NCBI GenBank assembly: GCA_031370785.1
Contig: JANMQY010000015.1
Location: 36,596 to 100,595 of the forward strand
Reading direction: 5' to 3'
DNA: 64,000 nucleotides
From: Candidatus Eiseniibacteriota bacterium
GTDB taxonomy: Bacteria; Eisenbacteria; RBG-16-71-46
Shown here: piece after piece, positions 18,118 through 27,883 of the stretch
Numbering within the stretch: position 1 is the stretch's first letter
Layout of the letters: the number at the start of each line of letters is the position of its first letter
Notes under the pieces: model-generated
Told to the model about the DNA's origin: nothing
The model's database searches: none
The model's input: only the letters and a program-made list of their open reading frames with translations
Made by a program: the position numbers and the translations under genes

Positions 18118-19925
18118 CCGTTCTTCCTTTCTCCGTCGCGAGCGCCGCGCTCGATGATGTCGCCTTCGAACCACTCGATCGCCTTGTCGATCATCGGTTT
18201 TACGCTCTCCTGCGTCGGACGCCGCTGCGCCAGCTCGGCGGCGTCGAGCGGCACGCACTGCATCTCGAGCGCACGCCCGAACCCGAGGCGCAGCTCCTCG
18301 GCCACGATCTGCCGGTTTTCCTTCTCGTCGACGACCGCGCGGTGAAGATCGTCCATCGCTACGATCACCGCCGGGCCCGAAAGCCCGACGAGGCGACTCT
18401 CCCTGAGGAACGCGCCAAGCAGCTTCTTGCGTCCCGACACCGCTTCGAGCGTCTGCTGCCATGCGGCCTCGACTCCGGCATCGACTTCGACGACCAGCAT
18501 CGCCGTAGCGGCGGCCACCGCTGCGACCGCTACCGGTGCCGCGGCGACAGCCGGCGGGGGCGGGCTGCCCGAGGGCAAGCGGGGCTGGAGCGCGGTGAAG
18601 TCATCTGGGTGGCGGCGAGGAGCGACGGGGCCCCGCGAGTCATCGGGTAGTCCGCCCCCGCCGGCGACTACACGCGGAGCGACTGCCGAGCCGCGAGGCG
18701 GAGTGCCGCGCGTCGACGGAGCCGGGCCGGCAGTCCCGCCACCTGCGAGCCGGCGCTCGAGCGCTTCGAGACGCTCCAGCACGCGGCCCAGCGTCTCGCC
18801 GGGTTCGAGCGTGGCCATCTGAAGCACTGCGGCTTCGAGGTGCACCAGCGGGTGCGGGCTGTCTCGCATCGGCCATTGCACGTCGGAGGTGATGCGGAGC
18901 AGGCGCAGCAGGTCCGCGTCGGCCCAGCCCTCGCCCTGCTTCAGCAGGCGGGCCAGCTCCTCGCCGCTGGCGGCCACGAGGTCGGCGCCCGCGGGATCCA
19001 CCTTGAGCACCAGCAGCGCGCGAACGTGTTCGCACAGGCCCTCGGCCAGCTCCTTGGGATCGATGCCCTTCTCGAACGCCTGATGCAGCGCGTGCAATGC
19101 GCCCCTGGGATCGCGGCGTACGATTCCGTCGGCGATCGCGAAGAACGCCTCGCGATCGGCGATGCCGAGCACGCGGCGCACCAGATCCTCGCGAATCTCG
19201 TTCTCGCCGGCGGACACGACCTGGTCGAGCGCGCTGACCGCATCGCGCATCGAGCCCTCGGACTTGTGCGCGATGAGCAGCGCCGCGCCCTCGCTGAGCG
19301 TGAGCTTGACGCCTTGCGGGTCGGCCTGTTCGCGCCGCGCGATCTCGAGCAGGCGATCGGCGACCTTGCGCAGCGCGACGCGCGCGAAGTCGAAGCGCTG
19401 GGTGCGTGAGCGAATCGTGTCCGGCAGCTTCTGCGGATCGGTGGTCGCGAACAGGAACACCAGGTGCGGCGGCGGCTCCTCGAGCGTCTTGAGCAGCGCG
19501 GCGAACGCGTCGTTCGAGAGCTGGTGCACCTCGTCGATGATCACCACCCGGTGGCCGCCTCCGGTCGGCGAGAAGCGCACGCGCTCACGCAGCGCCTGTA
19601 CGTCGGCGATCCCGCGGTTGGAGGCGCCGTCGATTTCGGTGACATCCAGCGAGACGCCGCTCGTGATCTCGGTACAGCTCGTGCAAACGTTGCAGGGATC
19701 GGCGCCCTTGAGCTTGCCCGAGAGGCGCTGCTCGCAGTTGAGCGCCTTGGCCAGGATGCGTGCGCTGGTGGTCTTGCCGACACCGCGCGCTCCGGTGAAC
19801 AGGTAGGCGTGGGCGACGCGGCCGCCCTCGAGAGCGCGGCTCAGCACCTCGCTCACGTGGTCCTGCCCGATCAGGTCGGCGAAGACCTGAGGGCGATACT
19901 TCAGCGTGAGCGCGCGATGGGCCAT
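18114..19925 (-). CDS. dnaX: DNA polymerase III subunit gamma/tau
   Basis: KYRPQVFADLIGQ, GARGVGKTT, EIDGASNRG, IIDEVHQL and LLKTLEEPP. Confidence 0.97.
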   Translation of the reverse strand: MAHRALTLKYRPQVFADLIGQDHVSEVLSRALEGGRVAHAYLFTGARGVGKTTSARILAKALNCEQRLSGKLKGADPCNVCTSCTEITSGVSLDVTEIDGASNRGIADVQALRERVRFSPTGGGHRVVIIDEVHQLSNDAFAALLKTLEEPPPHLVFLFATTDPQKLPDTIRSRTQRFDFARVALRKVADRLLEIARREQADPQGVKLTLSEGAALLIAHKSEGSMRDAVSALDQVVSAGENEIREDLVRRVLGIADREAFFAIADGIVRRDPRGALHALHQAFEKGIDPKELAEGLCEHVRALLVLKVDPAGADLVAASGEELARLLKQGEGWADADLLRLLRITSDVQWPMRDSPHPLVHLEAAVLQMATLEPGETLGRVLERLEALERRLAGGGTAGPAPSTRGTPPRGSAVAPRVVAGGGGLPDDSRGPVAPRRHPDDFTALQPRLPSGSPPPPAVAAAPVAVAAVAAATAMLVVEVDAGVEAAWQQTLEAVSGRKKLLGAFLRESRLVGLSGPAVIVAMDDLHRAVVDEKENRQIVAEELRLGFGRALEMQCVPLDAAELAQRRPTQESVKPMIDKAIEWFEGDIIERGARDGERKNG

Positions 19926-19943
19926 GCAGTCCCGTTGAGAAAA

Positions 19944-20042
19944 GGGCCAGGATGATCAGCGGCACACCCGACGGATTGCTTACCGCTGCTACCTTCCGGT
20001 CCTGACGGGGTTCACAAGTTCGGGTTGCGCTGGGCCTGGCCC
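19944..20042 (-). ncRNA. ffs: Signal recognition particle RNA (small, 4.5S type)
   Basis: Minus strand contains TCAGGACCGGAAGGTAGCAGC; ends GGGCCAGG/CCTGGCCC pair; immediately upstream of dnaX. Confidence 0.93.
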
Positions 20043-20065
20043 ACTGTCGATACGGACGGAACAAA

Positions 20066-20141
20066 TGGTGGAGATGAGCGGATTCGAACCGCCGACCCCC
20101 TCGTTGCGAACGAGGTGCTCTCCCAGCTGAGCTACATCCCC
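20066..20141 (-). tRNA. tRNA-Ala(CGC)
   Basis: GGGGATGTAGCTCAGCTGGGAGAGCACCTCGTTCGCAACGAGG...GTTCGAATCC...CCA; 76 nt. Confidence 0.97.
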
Positions 20142-20204
20142 ACGGAACCTGGGGGCTACTCGCGCGTTGAGACCCGTGGGCCGCGCGAGAAACCGAGCGG
20201 GCGC

Positions 20205-20232
20205 ATTCTAACAGTGAGCGCGCCCACGTCAA
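20205..20232 (-). promoter_or_regulatory. Putative sigma70 promoter for tRNA-Ala/ffs/dnaX
   Basis: TTGACG-N16-TAGAAT with an extended -10 TG. Confidence 0.6.
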
Positions 20233-20334
20233 GCGCACCGCCGCGCGCGGTCGCATCGGCTGGCGCGCGAGGGGCTCACTTCGGCGGCGCGTCGAGCACC
20301 TCTCGAATCTTGCGCACCAGTGTTGCCGGAAGCC

Positions 20335-21846
20335 TCAACGCGTCCTGAGCGCGTCCTGGAAGAACGCGGCGACGTCGCGCTTGAGCTTCGCCAGCTCGCC
20401 AGCGTGGATGTACATCATGTGACCGGCCTCGTATTCGTGCGTGGTCACACGCGCGCGCTCGGTCGGATCCAGCTCGAGATGGTCGAGCGTATACTCGGTC
20501 GCGAAGTACGGCGTCGCGAGATCGTAGTGGCCAGAGGCCACGAACAGCTTCATGTCGGGATTCTTCGCGAACGCGCTGCGCAGCGCGCTGCTCACGTCCG
20601 GGAAGCCCTGGCGCGCCGAGCCCCACTCCCACGCGCCAACACCGCCCCCGAGGATGTAGTAGGTCAGGTCGGTCTTGTATCCCAGCTCGGAGCGCACGTA
20701 CTGGTTGAACATCGCGGTATAGGGCGGCCGGATCGCCGAGAGGCTGGGGTCGAAGTCCGGAGTCTCGCTGGTCCCGCGCTCGTCGATGCCCTTGAAGCGG
20801 CTGTCGAGCCGCCCCACGGTGCGGTGCTGATCGCGCAGCAGCTCCTTGCAGAAATGCTGGATGTCCACGCGCAGGTTCGCGAGATCGAGGTACTCGCGCT
20901 TGAGCCCGGTGTAGCGCGCGAGCTTTTCGAGCACGGCGTCGCGCGCGGCGCCGCCCAGCCGATCGCCCATCGCGAGCGCGCGGGCGTAGTCGGTCGCGGC
21001 CCACGTCTCGGCCTCGTCGAGAGTCCTGTTCAGCGCCTGCCCTTGCAGATCCGGCGGGAGCTTGTGGTGATACCACGCGGTCGCGGTGTAGGTCGGCAGG
21101 AACAGCGTGTACGGAAGCTCGTTACCACGCGTGAAGTCGGCGGTCTGGAAGTTGAGGATGCTCGAGACCAGCAGGATGCCGTTGAACGCGATGCCGGAGC
21201 GTTCCACCAGATAGCCCGAGAGCCCGGCCGCGCGGGTGGTGCCGTAGCTCTCGCCGACCAGGAACAGCGGCGAGCCCCAGCGCTCGTAGCGCGTGAGGTA
21301 GAGCCGGATGAACTCGCCCACCGATTCGATGTCGCCATTCACGCTCCAGAACTTCTTGCCGTTTTCGGGCTTGGTCGCGCGGCTGTAGCCGGTGCCGACC
21401 GGATCGATGAATACGAGGTCGGTCTGATCAAGCCAGGTCGCATCGTTGTCCACCAGCCGATAGGGCGGCGAGGGCATTGCGCCATCGTCCATCATCTTGA
21501 CGCGCTTGGGGCCGAGCGCACCGAGATGCAGCCACACCGAGGCCGACCCCGGGCCGCCGTTGAACGAGAAGGTGAGCGGCCGCTTCGCGGCACCGCCCAC
21601 ACCATCGGCGGTGTAGGCCATGAAGAAGATCTCGGCCTCGGTCTCACCCTGCTCGTTCTTGAGCGGCAGCTTGCCGGTGGTGACCGTGTACTTGAGCGCC
21701 CTGCCGCCAACAGTGATCTGGTGGTGCGTGATCACCGGCAAGGCGGTGCTCGAGTCCTTTGCCGCGGCGGGTGCGCTCTTTGGAGCGTCGGCGGCGTGGG
21801 CGGGTGCGGCGAGCAGCACGAGGGCGACCAGCAGGCCGTGGCGCAT
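20335..21846 (-). CDS. Secreted peptidase S10 (serine carboxypeptidase)
   Basis: Signal peptide; FNGGPGSAS, FIDPVGTGYS, GESYG and YEAGHMMY. Confidence 0.94.
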   Translation of the reverse strand: MRHGLLVALVLLAAPAHAADAPKSAPAAAKDSSTALPVITHHQITVGGRALKYTVTTGKLPLKNEQGETEAEIFFMAYTADGVGGAAKRPLTFSFNGGPGSASVWLHLGALGPKRVKMMDDGAMPSPPYRLVDNDATWLDQTDLVFIDPVGTGYSRATKPENGKKFWSVNGDIESVGEFIRLYLTRYERWGSPLFLVGESYGTTRAAGLSGYLVERSGIAFNGILLVSSILNFQTADFTRGNELPYTLFLPTYTATAWYHHKLPPDLQGQALNRTLDEAETWAATDYARALAMGDRLGGAARDAVLEKLARYTGLKREYLDLANLRVDIQHFCKELLRDQHRTVGRLDSRFKGIDERGTSETPDFDPSLSAIRPPYTAMFNQYVRSELGYKTDLTYYILGGGVGAWEWGSARQGFPDVSSALRSAFAKNPDMKLFVASGHYDLATPYFATEYTLDHLELDPTERARVTTHEYEAGHMMYIHAGELAKLKRDVAAFFQDALRTR

Positions 21847-21872
21847 GTGCGGAGGCTCCTGGCTGAAAGGAA

Positions 21873-21963
21873 TGGCGGAGAGAGAGGGATTCGAACCCTC
21901 GAGGCGGTATAAGCGCCTACACGATTTCCAATCGTGCTCCTTCAACCACTCGGACATCTCTCC
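21873..21963 (-). tRNA. tRNA-Ser(GGA)
   Basis: GGAGAGATGTCCGAGTGG...CACGATTGGAAATCGTG, long variable arm, CCA end. Confidence 0.96.
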
Positions 21964-22171
21964 GCAACGGGCAGAAGGCCGGATTAGCGCGGGAATTTCT
22001 ATCATGCCCGCGAGTGAGCGACAACCGCGGCGGCGCGCACCCGAGCGCCGGAGCGCGCGCCGGGACGCACACCTGGCGCGAGACTCGGCAGAATCCGCGC
22101 GATGACTTAGAATCTCCGCTCGCGATTCGCGCCTGCCGGGGCCCTCCGGCACGAGCAAGAGGACGAACTCC

Positions 22172-23551
22172 ATGCGCAACGCTTCACGCCCAATGCTCGC
22201 CGCGCTCGCGGTGGCGCTTCTGCTGTGCTCCGCGACCCAGGTGGTACAGGCCGCGACCGCTGCACCGGCGGCCGCCGCCGCTCCGACCGGGACGCCTCCC
22301 AGGTCCCCGGGCACCGCGAAGGCGCCGGCCTCGACACGCGCCACCGCGCCCACCAGGCCTTCGAGCGCCGCCAAAGCACCTGCGAAACGCACGTCGGCCG
22401 CGAAGCCATCGAGCGCACTCTCGACCAGCGATTTTCAGGAGCTGATGCAGGCATCGACCGACAGCTCGAAATCCGCGGACGTCGTGCGCCGGCTGCGCGG
22501 GTATCTGGCCGGCAAGCCCGACAGCCAGTACCTCGCGCTCGCTCACGTCATGATCGTGCAGGCGCTCGTCGCGGGGCACGCGCCGGCCGCGACCGTGATG
22601 GCCGACGCCGAGCGCGCGATTCCGTATCTGCCGAATCGTCCCGAAGCGCGGACGCCGTTCTACTTCACGATTGCGAATTATCTGATGGAGAACGGTGGGT
22701 CGCTCGACACCGCCCTGCTCTACGCCAATCGCGCGGTCGCCGAGGCACCCGAAGGTGAGAACTACCGCGCGCTGAAGGGTGTCGCGCGCCTCGTGATTGG
22801 CAGGGTGCAGATCGAACGCGGGCAGTATGCCGAGGCGATCGCGCAGCTGGAGATGGCGGTCAGCGATGCTCCCGACAGCCAGAGCGTGCTCTTCCAGCTG
22901 GGCCGCGCGAACGAGAAGGCGGGACGCGACGAAGCGGCCGAGCGCGCCTACCTGCGATCGCTCAGCGTCTTCGCGGCGACCGATACCAGTGCCGCTGCAC
23001 CGCTGCGCGCCATCTACTTGAAGCGCCACGGCTCGCTGGCCGGACTCGACTCCGCGGTCACCTCGCTGCGCCGCGCCTCACGCCGGAACGTGGCGCTGAC
23101 CACGCAGCGCATGGACAAGCCCGCGCCGGACTGGACGCTCCCCGACCTCGAAGGCAGGCCGGTCGCGCTCACTTCGTTCAAGGGCAAGGTCGTGGTGCTC
23201 GACTTCTGGGGTTCGTGGTGCGGGCCATGCCGCCAGGAGCTTCCCAAGTTCGAGGCGCTCTACCGGCACTATCGCGACAATCCGAACGTCGCGTTCGTGG
23301 GTGTCAACTGGGAGCGCGTTCAGAGTGCGGAACTGCACCTGACCTTCGCCAAGCGCTACATGGTGGAGAACAAGTACACGTTCCCGGTGGTGTACGACCA
23401 CGATCGCGTGGCGGTCGAGGGGTACCAGCTGGAGGCGTTCCCGACCGTGTTCCTGATCGACAAGGCCGGGACCATCCGCTACCGCGACGTCGGCTTCACG
23501 CCCGGGATCGACGCGATCATCGAAGCGCAGCTCGAGTCACTGCTCGAGTGA
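22172..23551 (+). CDS. Exported TPR protein with a TlpA-like redoxin domain
   Basis: Signal peptide, TPR helices, then APDWTLPDLEG...VVVLDFWGSWCGPCRQE and FPTVFLID. Confidence 0.9.
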   Translation: MRNASRPMLAALAVALLLCSATQVVQAATAAPAAAAAPTGTPPRSPGTAKAPASTRATAPTRPSSAAKAPAKRTSAAKPSSALSTSDFQELMQASTDSSKSADVVRRLRGYLAGKPDSQYLALAHVMIVQALVAGHAPAATVMADAERAIPYLPNRPEARTPFYFTIANYLMENGGSLDTALLYANRAVAEAPEGENYRALKGVARLVIGRVQIERGQYAEAIAQLEMAVSDAPDSQSVLFQLGRANEKAGRDEAAERAYLRSLSVFAATDTSAAAPLRAIYLKRHGSLAGLDSAVTSLRRASRRNVALTTQRMDKPAPDWTLPDLEGRPVALTSFKGKVVVLDFWGSWCGPCRQELPKFEALYRHYRDNPNVAFVGVNWERVQSAELHLTFAKRYMVENKYTFPVVYDHDRVAVEGYQLEAFPTVFLIDKAGTIRYRDVGFTPGIDAIIEAQLESLLE

Positions 23552-23847
23552 GGTGCGGCGCACCGAACCCCAGGGAGACGCAGGCGGCCAGGGGAAACCG
23601 CCCGCGTCTCGGGTGATCGCAAGGCAGGGAGCGAAAAGAGGTTCCCCACATTGACCGTGAGCCAGTCGCAGAACTCCTTCGCTCGCGAGAGGTGTATCAG
23701 CCCAGCAGCCAGCAAGCACGAATCAAGCAGGGAACTCACCGGGTTCAGTCGGGCTGGATTCCCCGACCTGGAAGTTCTTGGGGCCCGCGCGATGTACCGG
23801 CTAGATGTGATCAGCGCAAGGGCGGGCCCCACTGCATTCAGCTGCAT

Positions 23848-24519
23848 TCAACGCACGATGATGACTCGACGCGTCCAGCTCTGTCCGGCCAGCTTGCCGC
23901 GAACCAGGTAGACGCCCGCTTCGAGCGTGCGACCTGAGTCGTCACGAAGATCCCAGTTCAGCTCGCCGCGACCCGCGTCGCGTTGTCCCGACGCGATGGT
24001 ACGCACGTGGCGCCCCTGGATATCGAACGCGTCCACCTGGACCAGCGCCGCCTGCGGCAGCGTGAAGGCCATGGTCGCCGACTGGCGTGCCGGATTCGGA
24101 TACGGTGAAGAGAACGAAAGCACGAGCTGATCGCCCGAACCCGCCGTCTGCCCCGCGCGCGTGACCACGTTCGACATCGTCGACCAGTTGCCGACATCGT
24201 CGACCGTCTTCATCGCGAAGAAGTAGGAAGCGGTTGCATCCAGGCCGGAGATCGTGACCGACTGCTGCGTGCCGGGCGTCGCCGGCGTAGGCATCCCGCT
24301 CGCGGCCGCTGCCGAGGAGAAGTTCCTGGGCGTGATCGGAAGAAGTGAGTACCGCAAGTCGTACCTCGTGGCGCGACCGGCCATGCCGTCGTCGCCCGGA
24401 GCCGTCCACTTCAGCGTCTGGGAGATGGTCCCGGTTGCCGCCGTGTCGGCGAAGGCAGACCGAGCCGAAAGAATCAGGAGTGACGAAAGGATGAGTGCGG
24501 CCTTGTGAAAAACAGTCAC
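23848..24519 (-). CDS. Small secreted protein: fibronectin III-like domain plus FlgD-Ig/T9SS type A-like CTD
   Basis: GGAGG RBS and GTG start, signal peptide; LKWTAPGDDG...YDLRYS...DDVGNWS; YPNPA...DIQGRHVRT...WDLRDDSG...GVYLVR. Confidence 0.85.
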   Translation of the reverse strand: MTVFHKAALILSSLLILSARSAFADTAATGTISQTLKWTAPGDDGMAGRATRYDLRYSLLPITPRNFSSAAAASGMPTPATPGTQQSVTISGLDATASYFFAMKTVDDVGNWSTMSNVVTRAGQTAGSGDQLVLSFSSPYPNPARQSATMAFTLPQAALVQVDAFDIQGRHVRTIASGQRDAGRGELNWDLRDDSGRTLEAGVYLVRGKLAGQSWTRRVIIVR

Positions 24520-24732
24520 CTCTAGACCTCCATTGGCCGCGCAGCGCGCACGGTGAGCCCCTGCGGGGGGCTGCCCAACCCCGCCTTGAGGCGCGGGGCA
24601 GTCAAAAGTGTTTGTCGAAGACCGAGGAACTCTTCGACCCGCAGCGTCGGGTCGACCTTCTGGAGTGTTCGGACTGGCGGGTAGGGGGAGCAGCAACCCG
24701 CTTCCGTTTTCGTGAGGCACGGGAGCCCTCAC

Positions 24733-24747
24733 GCAAGCACGGTGCCG
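24733..24747 (-). promoter_or_regulatory. Putative sigma54 promoter
   Basis: Minus strand CGGCACCGTGCTTGC, about 210 bp upstream of the FN3-CTD gene. Confidence 0.5.
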
Positions 24748-24954
24748 GGATTCTGATTGTGGGTTCAACGCCATGCAGTACATAGCGATACAGGAGTGAC
24801 ACCAATCGAAATCGAGGCGGATTCCGGAGGGAAACGGGACAGCCTGTCGCGCACACTGCGACGCGCTGTCGCGAACACCGGGCGATGAGTCGCTCGCAGA
24901 GTTCGGCTGCCCGGGATCGAACGAGCATCGCTCACCCCCGGCCAATCCCCCGGG

Positions 24955-25336
24955 TTCAAGCTCGACTACATCGACTGGTCACACTCGCTGGCCATGTCGC
25001 TGGTGTGGTCGTCGCGTGGGCTCTGCCGTTCCTCAAGCGCGGACGGGTGATCGCGCTGACCATCGGGTTCGCGGTCTTCTCGCACTTCATTCTCGACTTC
25101 TTCATGCATCCGGAAGATCTCGCGCTTTGGCCCAGCAGCCGCACGCACCTGGGGCTGGGGCTCTGGCACACCGCGTACTGGTGGTGGTTCGAGCTGGCGT
25201 TCGTGTGCGCGGGGTGCGGCTACTACTGGATGCGGGCGCGGAAACTGGACACTTTCGGCGGCCGGGCGGCGTGGGCGTTCGCGGTGGTGGTGGCGCTCAC
25301 ATGCTCAACTCGCCATGGCTCTCGCCGACCAAGTAG
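24955..25336 (+). pseudogene. 5'-truncated, twice-frameshifted membrane protein (metal-dependent hydrolase-like)
   Basis: DYIDWSHSLAMSLVWS, FSHFILDFFMHPEDLALWP...LGLGLW and HMLNSPWL lie in successive frames joined by single-base gaps. Confidence 0.6.
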
Positions 25337-25392
25337 CACCGGAAAATGAAAACGGGGCCGCGGGCAACCTCTGCCCACAACCCCTCGAAGAT

Positions 25393-25452
25393 CTGGCGGA
25401 GAGGGAGGGATTCGAACCCTCGAGGGGCTTGCACCCCTAACGGTTTTCGAGA
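25393..25452 (-). repeat. Duplicated 3' part of tRNA-Ser(CGA) (att site)
   Basis: 60 bp identical to 27733-27792, running from the anticodon loop to CCA; the 5' half of the tRNA is absent. Confidence 0.95.
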
Positions 25453-25751
25453 TCCGCGGTTCCCCCAGTTCCGCAACTCTTCGCACGTGATTCCAATGAC
25501 TTGCCTGCGCGAATGGAACGGTCTCAGGACCGCTGGCTTCGAAACTGAACGCCGAGTCGCCTCCTTATCCACGAGGCGTCCGACGCCATCGCGTCGGACG
25601 ATCGACTTCGTGAAGGACGGCCCGCCGCCTGGGCGGATGGAACCACGATCCGTAGATGCGCGTCCCAATCGCATTGGCTCTCCCCGCACCACCCTGTCAA
25701 AGACGAACGGGCAGTCGCTCTGTTCGTGCAGCCTCGGGGCAGACGTCCTTT

Positions 25752-25780
25752 TTGCCAAATCCTATCCAGGAGGATAGGGT
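25752..25780 (+). promoter_or_regulatory. Promoter and operator of the metal-sensing repressor
   Basis: TTGCCA-N17-TAGGGT overlapped by the perfect inverted repeat CCTATCC-AGGA-GGATAGG (25761-25778). Confidence 0.7.
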
Positions 25781-25789
25781 ACAGATCCC

Positions 25790-26062
25790 ATGAAGACACT
25801 ACATGAGACCCACCCAAAGATCCTGAAACGGCTGAAGCGTGCTGTCGGCCACCTCAATGGTGTCATCGCCATGATGCAGGATGAACGACCTTGCCTGGAG
25901 CTCGCCCAGCAGTTGCACGCCGTCGAGAGTGCCGTCGCAAACGCGAAGAAGACTCTGATCCACGATCATGTCAACCATTGCCTCGACGAATCAGTGAGCA
26001 ATCCAGGTGCGGCATCGCGTCGGGCGCTCGAAGATTTCAAGGCGATTTCAAAATATCTCTAA
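25790..26062 (+). CDS. CsoR/RcnR-family metal-sensing repressor (NreA/MreA-like)
   Basis: HETHPKILKRLKRAVGHL...CLELAQQLHAVE...HDHVNHCL...ISKYL. Confidence 0.92.
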   Translation: MKTLHETHPKILKRLKRAVGHLNGVIAMMQDERPCLELAQQLHAVESAVANAKKTLIHDHVNHCLDESVSNPGAASRRALEDFKAISKYL

Positions 26063-26095
26063 GGAGCCTGCGGCATTTGGTTGCGGAGGAACTAA

Positions 26096-27472
26096 ATGAA
26101 GCTGGTGACATCCGACAGTGCACCGCACGGCGGAACTTGGATTCAATCTGCGGACGGCTTCGTGGAAATAAGCGTCTTCGAAACCCGGGTTCCGCCTCAT
26201 TTCAGGCTCTACTTCTTCGACGTGAACAAGCGGCCGCGCCCTCCGCTCCCCGGCTCCGACGTTTCCATCGAGACGATCCGCCCGGACGGCACGAAGCAGG
26301 TCTTCAAGTTCGTGAACGGAGCGGGTCATCTTCGCTCCACGACGGACATACCTGAACCTCATGAGTTCCGCCTACGATTGACGCTCCAGCAAGGATCCGA
26401 CTTGCGCGCCTACGAGGCGGTTTTCACCGAGGAGGGGCACGGCCATTCGCACGGGCCGGGCGGACACTCGCACGCTCATGGGGGCGGTATTGTCGGCTGG
26501 CTGCGCAGCACCTTTGGCCACTCGCACAGTATTGAAGACAAGATCGACGAAACGATGGAGACGCACGAGCGCGGTATCTGGGCGCTCAAGCTTTCACTTG
26601 TCGTCCTTCTCGTGACCTCGCTCATCCAAGTGACGATCGTTGTGCTTTCCGGCTCGGTGGCCCTGCTTGCGGACACGATCCACAACTTCGGCGACGCGAC
26701 CACCAGTATTCCGTTGTGGATCGCGTTCGCGCTCACCCGGCGCGGCGTCTCGCGCCGTTTCACCTATGGCTACGGCAAGAGCGAGGATCTGGCAGGCGTG
26801 GTGATCGTTGGCGTCATCTTCTTCTCGGCCTGCGTCGCCGCATATCAATCGGTGATGAAGATCATCCATCCGCACCCCATCACGCACCTCGGGGCGGTCG
26901 CGGTGGCGGCATTAGTGGGATTCATAGGGAACGAGGCCGTAGCCGTGGTCAGGCTCAAGGTGGGCCGGGAAATTGAATCCGCGGCGCTCATCGCGGACGG
27001 CCAACACGCCAGGGTGGATGGCTTCACGAGTCTTGCGGTCCTTCTCGGCGTGATCGGCGTTTGGGCCGGATATCCGATCGTCGACCCGATCATTGGGCTT
27101 CTCATCACGATCGCAATCCTCTTCATCGTCAAGGACGCGTCGAAGGCTGTTTTCAATCGCATGGTGGACGGCATCGAGCCGAGCATCATTGAGACGGTTG
27201 AACACACCCCCTTGCACGTAGCCGGCGTCCAGGGAGTTCAGCAGGCCCGCGCGCGGTGGGTCGGTCACAAGGTCTTCGCCGATCTCCACATTGCGGTGGA
27301 GCCCAGCCTGTCGGTGCAGCAGGCGCACGAGATCACGGACGAGGTCCAAGAGGTCCTCCGAACGCATGTGCGTTCCTTCGGCGGAGCGGTCGTCCATGTC
27401 TGCCCGCAGAAAGCGGCCCCCAGCCCGGACCGCGTTGCTCTGGAGGGGGCCGAAGCAGCGGACCGCTCATAG
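26096..27472 (+). CDS. Cation diffusion facilitator with an extra N-terminal soluble domain and His-rich linker
   Basis: SGSVALLADTIHNFGD, FTYGYGKSE, SAALIADGQHARVD and a C-terminal dimerisation domain; HGHSHGPGGHSHAH linker. Confidence 0.92.
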   Translation: MKLVTSDSAPHGGTWIQSADGFVEISVFETRVPPHFRLYFFDVNKRPRPPLPGSDVSIETIRPDGTKQVFKFVNGAGHLRSTTDIPEPHEFRLRLTLQQGSDLRAYEAVFTEEGHGHSHGPGGHSHAHGGGIVGWLRSTFGHSHSIEDKIDETMETHERGIWALKLSLVVLLVTSLIQVTIVVLSGSVALLADTIHNFGDATTSIPLWIAFALTRRGVSRRFTYGYGKSEDLAGVVIVGVIFFSACVAAYQSVMKIIHPHPITHLGAVAVAALVGFIGNEAVAVVRLKVGREIESAALIADGQHARVDGFTSLAVLLGVIGVWAGYPIVDPIIGLLITIAILFIVKDASKAVFNRMVDGIEPSIIETVEHTPLHVAGVQGVQQARARWVGHKVFADLHIAVEPSLSVQQAHEITDEVQEVLRTHVRSFGGAVVHVCPQKAAPSPDRVALEGAEAADRS

Positions 27473-27663
27473 GAACGCGGTCTCCGCCGTTGGCTCCCTC
27501 AACGTTTCATCTGTAGGTAAGTCGCGAGCAGATGGGAGCCGCTCATCCCCAGCTCTTCTGAACCCCACCAGCGCCCGTCGATCAACTGCGCCGGGTACCC
27601 TTTGGGTACCCCTTTAGAGTCCCTCACCGTCCCAAGTTGACCCTTCGTGACCGCTTAAGCAAA

Positions 27664-27693
27664 GACCCGCTCGCGGCGAACCGCGGGCGGGTC
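27664..27693 (-). terminator. Hairpin downstream of tRNA-Ser(CGA)
   Basis: GACCCGCTCGCGG-CGAA-CCGCGGGCGGGTC stem, followed by T residues on the minus strand. Confidence 0.55.
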
Positions 27694-27733
27694 AAGTGCC
27701 ACAGGCGCTGTCCGTTGGGCTTGCGCGCCAAAC

Positions 27734-27823
27734 TGGCGGAGAGGGAGGGATTCGAACCCTCGAGGGGCTTGCACCCCTAACGGTTTTCGAGACCGCCCGA
27801 TTCAACCACTCTCGCACCTCTCC
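27734..27823 (-). tRNA. tRNA-Ser(CGA)
   Basis: GGAGAGGTGCGAGAGTGG...GCGGTCTCGAAAACCGT, long variable arm, CCA end. Confidence 0.96.
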
Positions 27824-27883
27824 GCTGGCGTGTTTACACGACTCGGCGGGTTTGGCGCAAGGTGGGACCCCGGTTATTCCAAT

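Larger units (their letters stand above)
25393..27792. mobile_element. tRNA-Ser(CGA)-integrated genomic islet without an integrase
   Basis: Bounded by 60-bp direct repeats 2340 bp apart; carries a repressor and a CDF transporter. Confidence 0.85.

Noticed and set aside
23552..23847. Intergenic region as 6S RNA or a riboswitch
   Set aside because: No recognisable conserved motif or long terminal stem; an Infernal/Rfam scan would be needed to decide
25393..25452. Second functional tRNA-Ser(CGA)
   Set aside because: Lacks the 5' acceptor strand and D-arm; it is an att duplication
25453..25750. Integrase remnant inside the islet
   Set aside because: No tyrosine- or serine-recombinase motifs recognisable in the frames inspected
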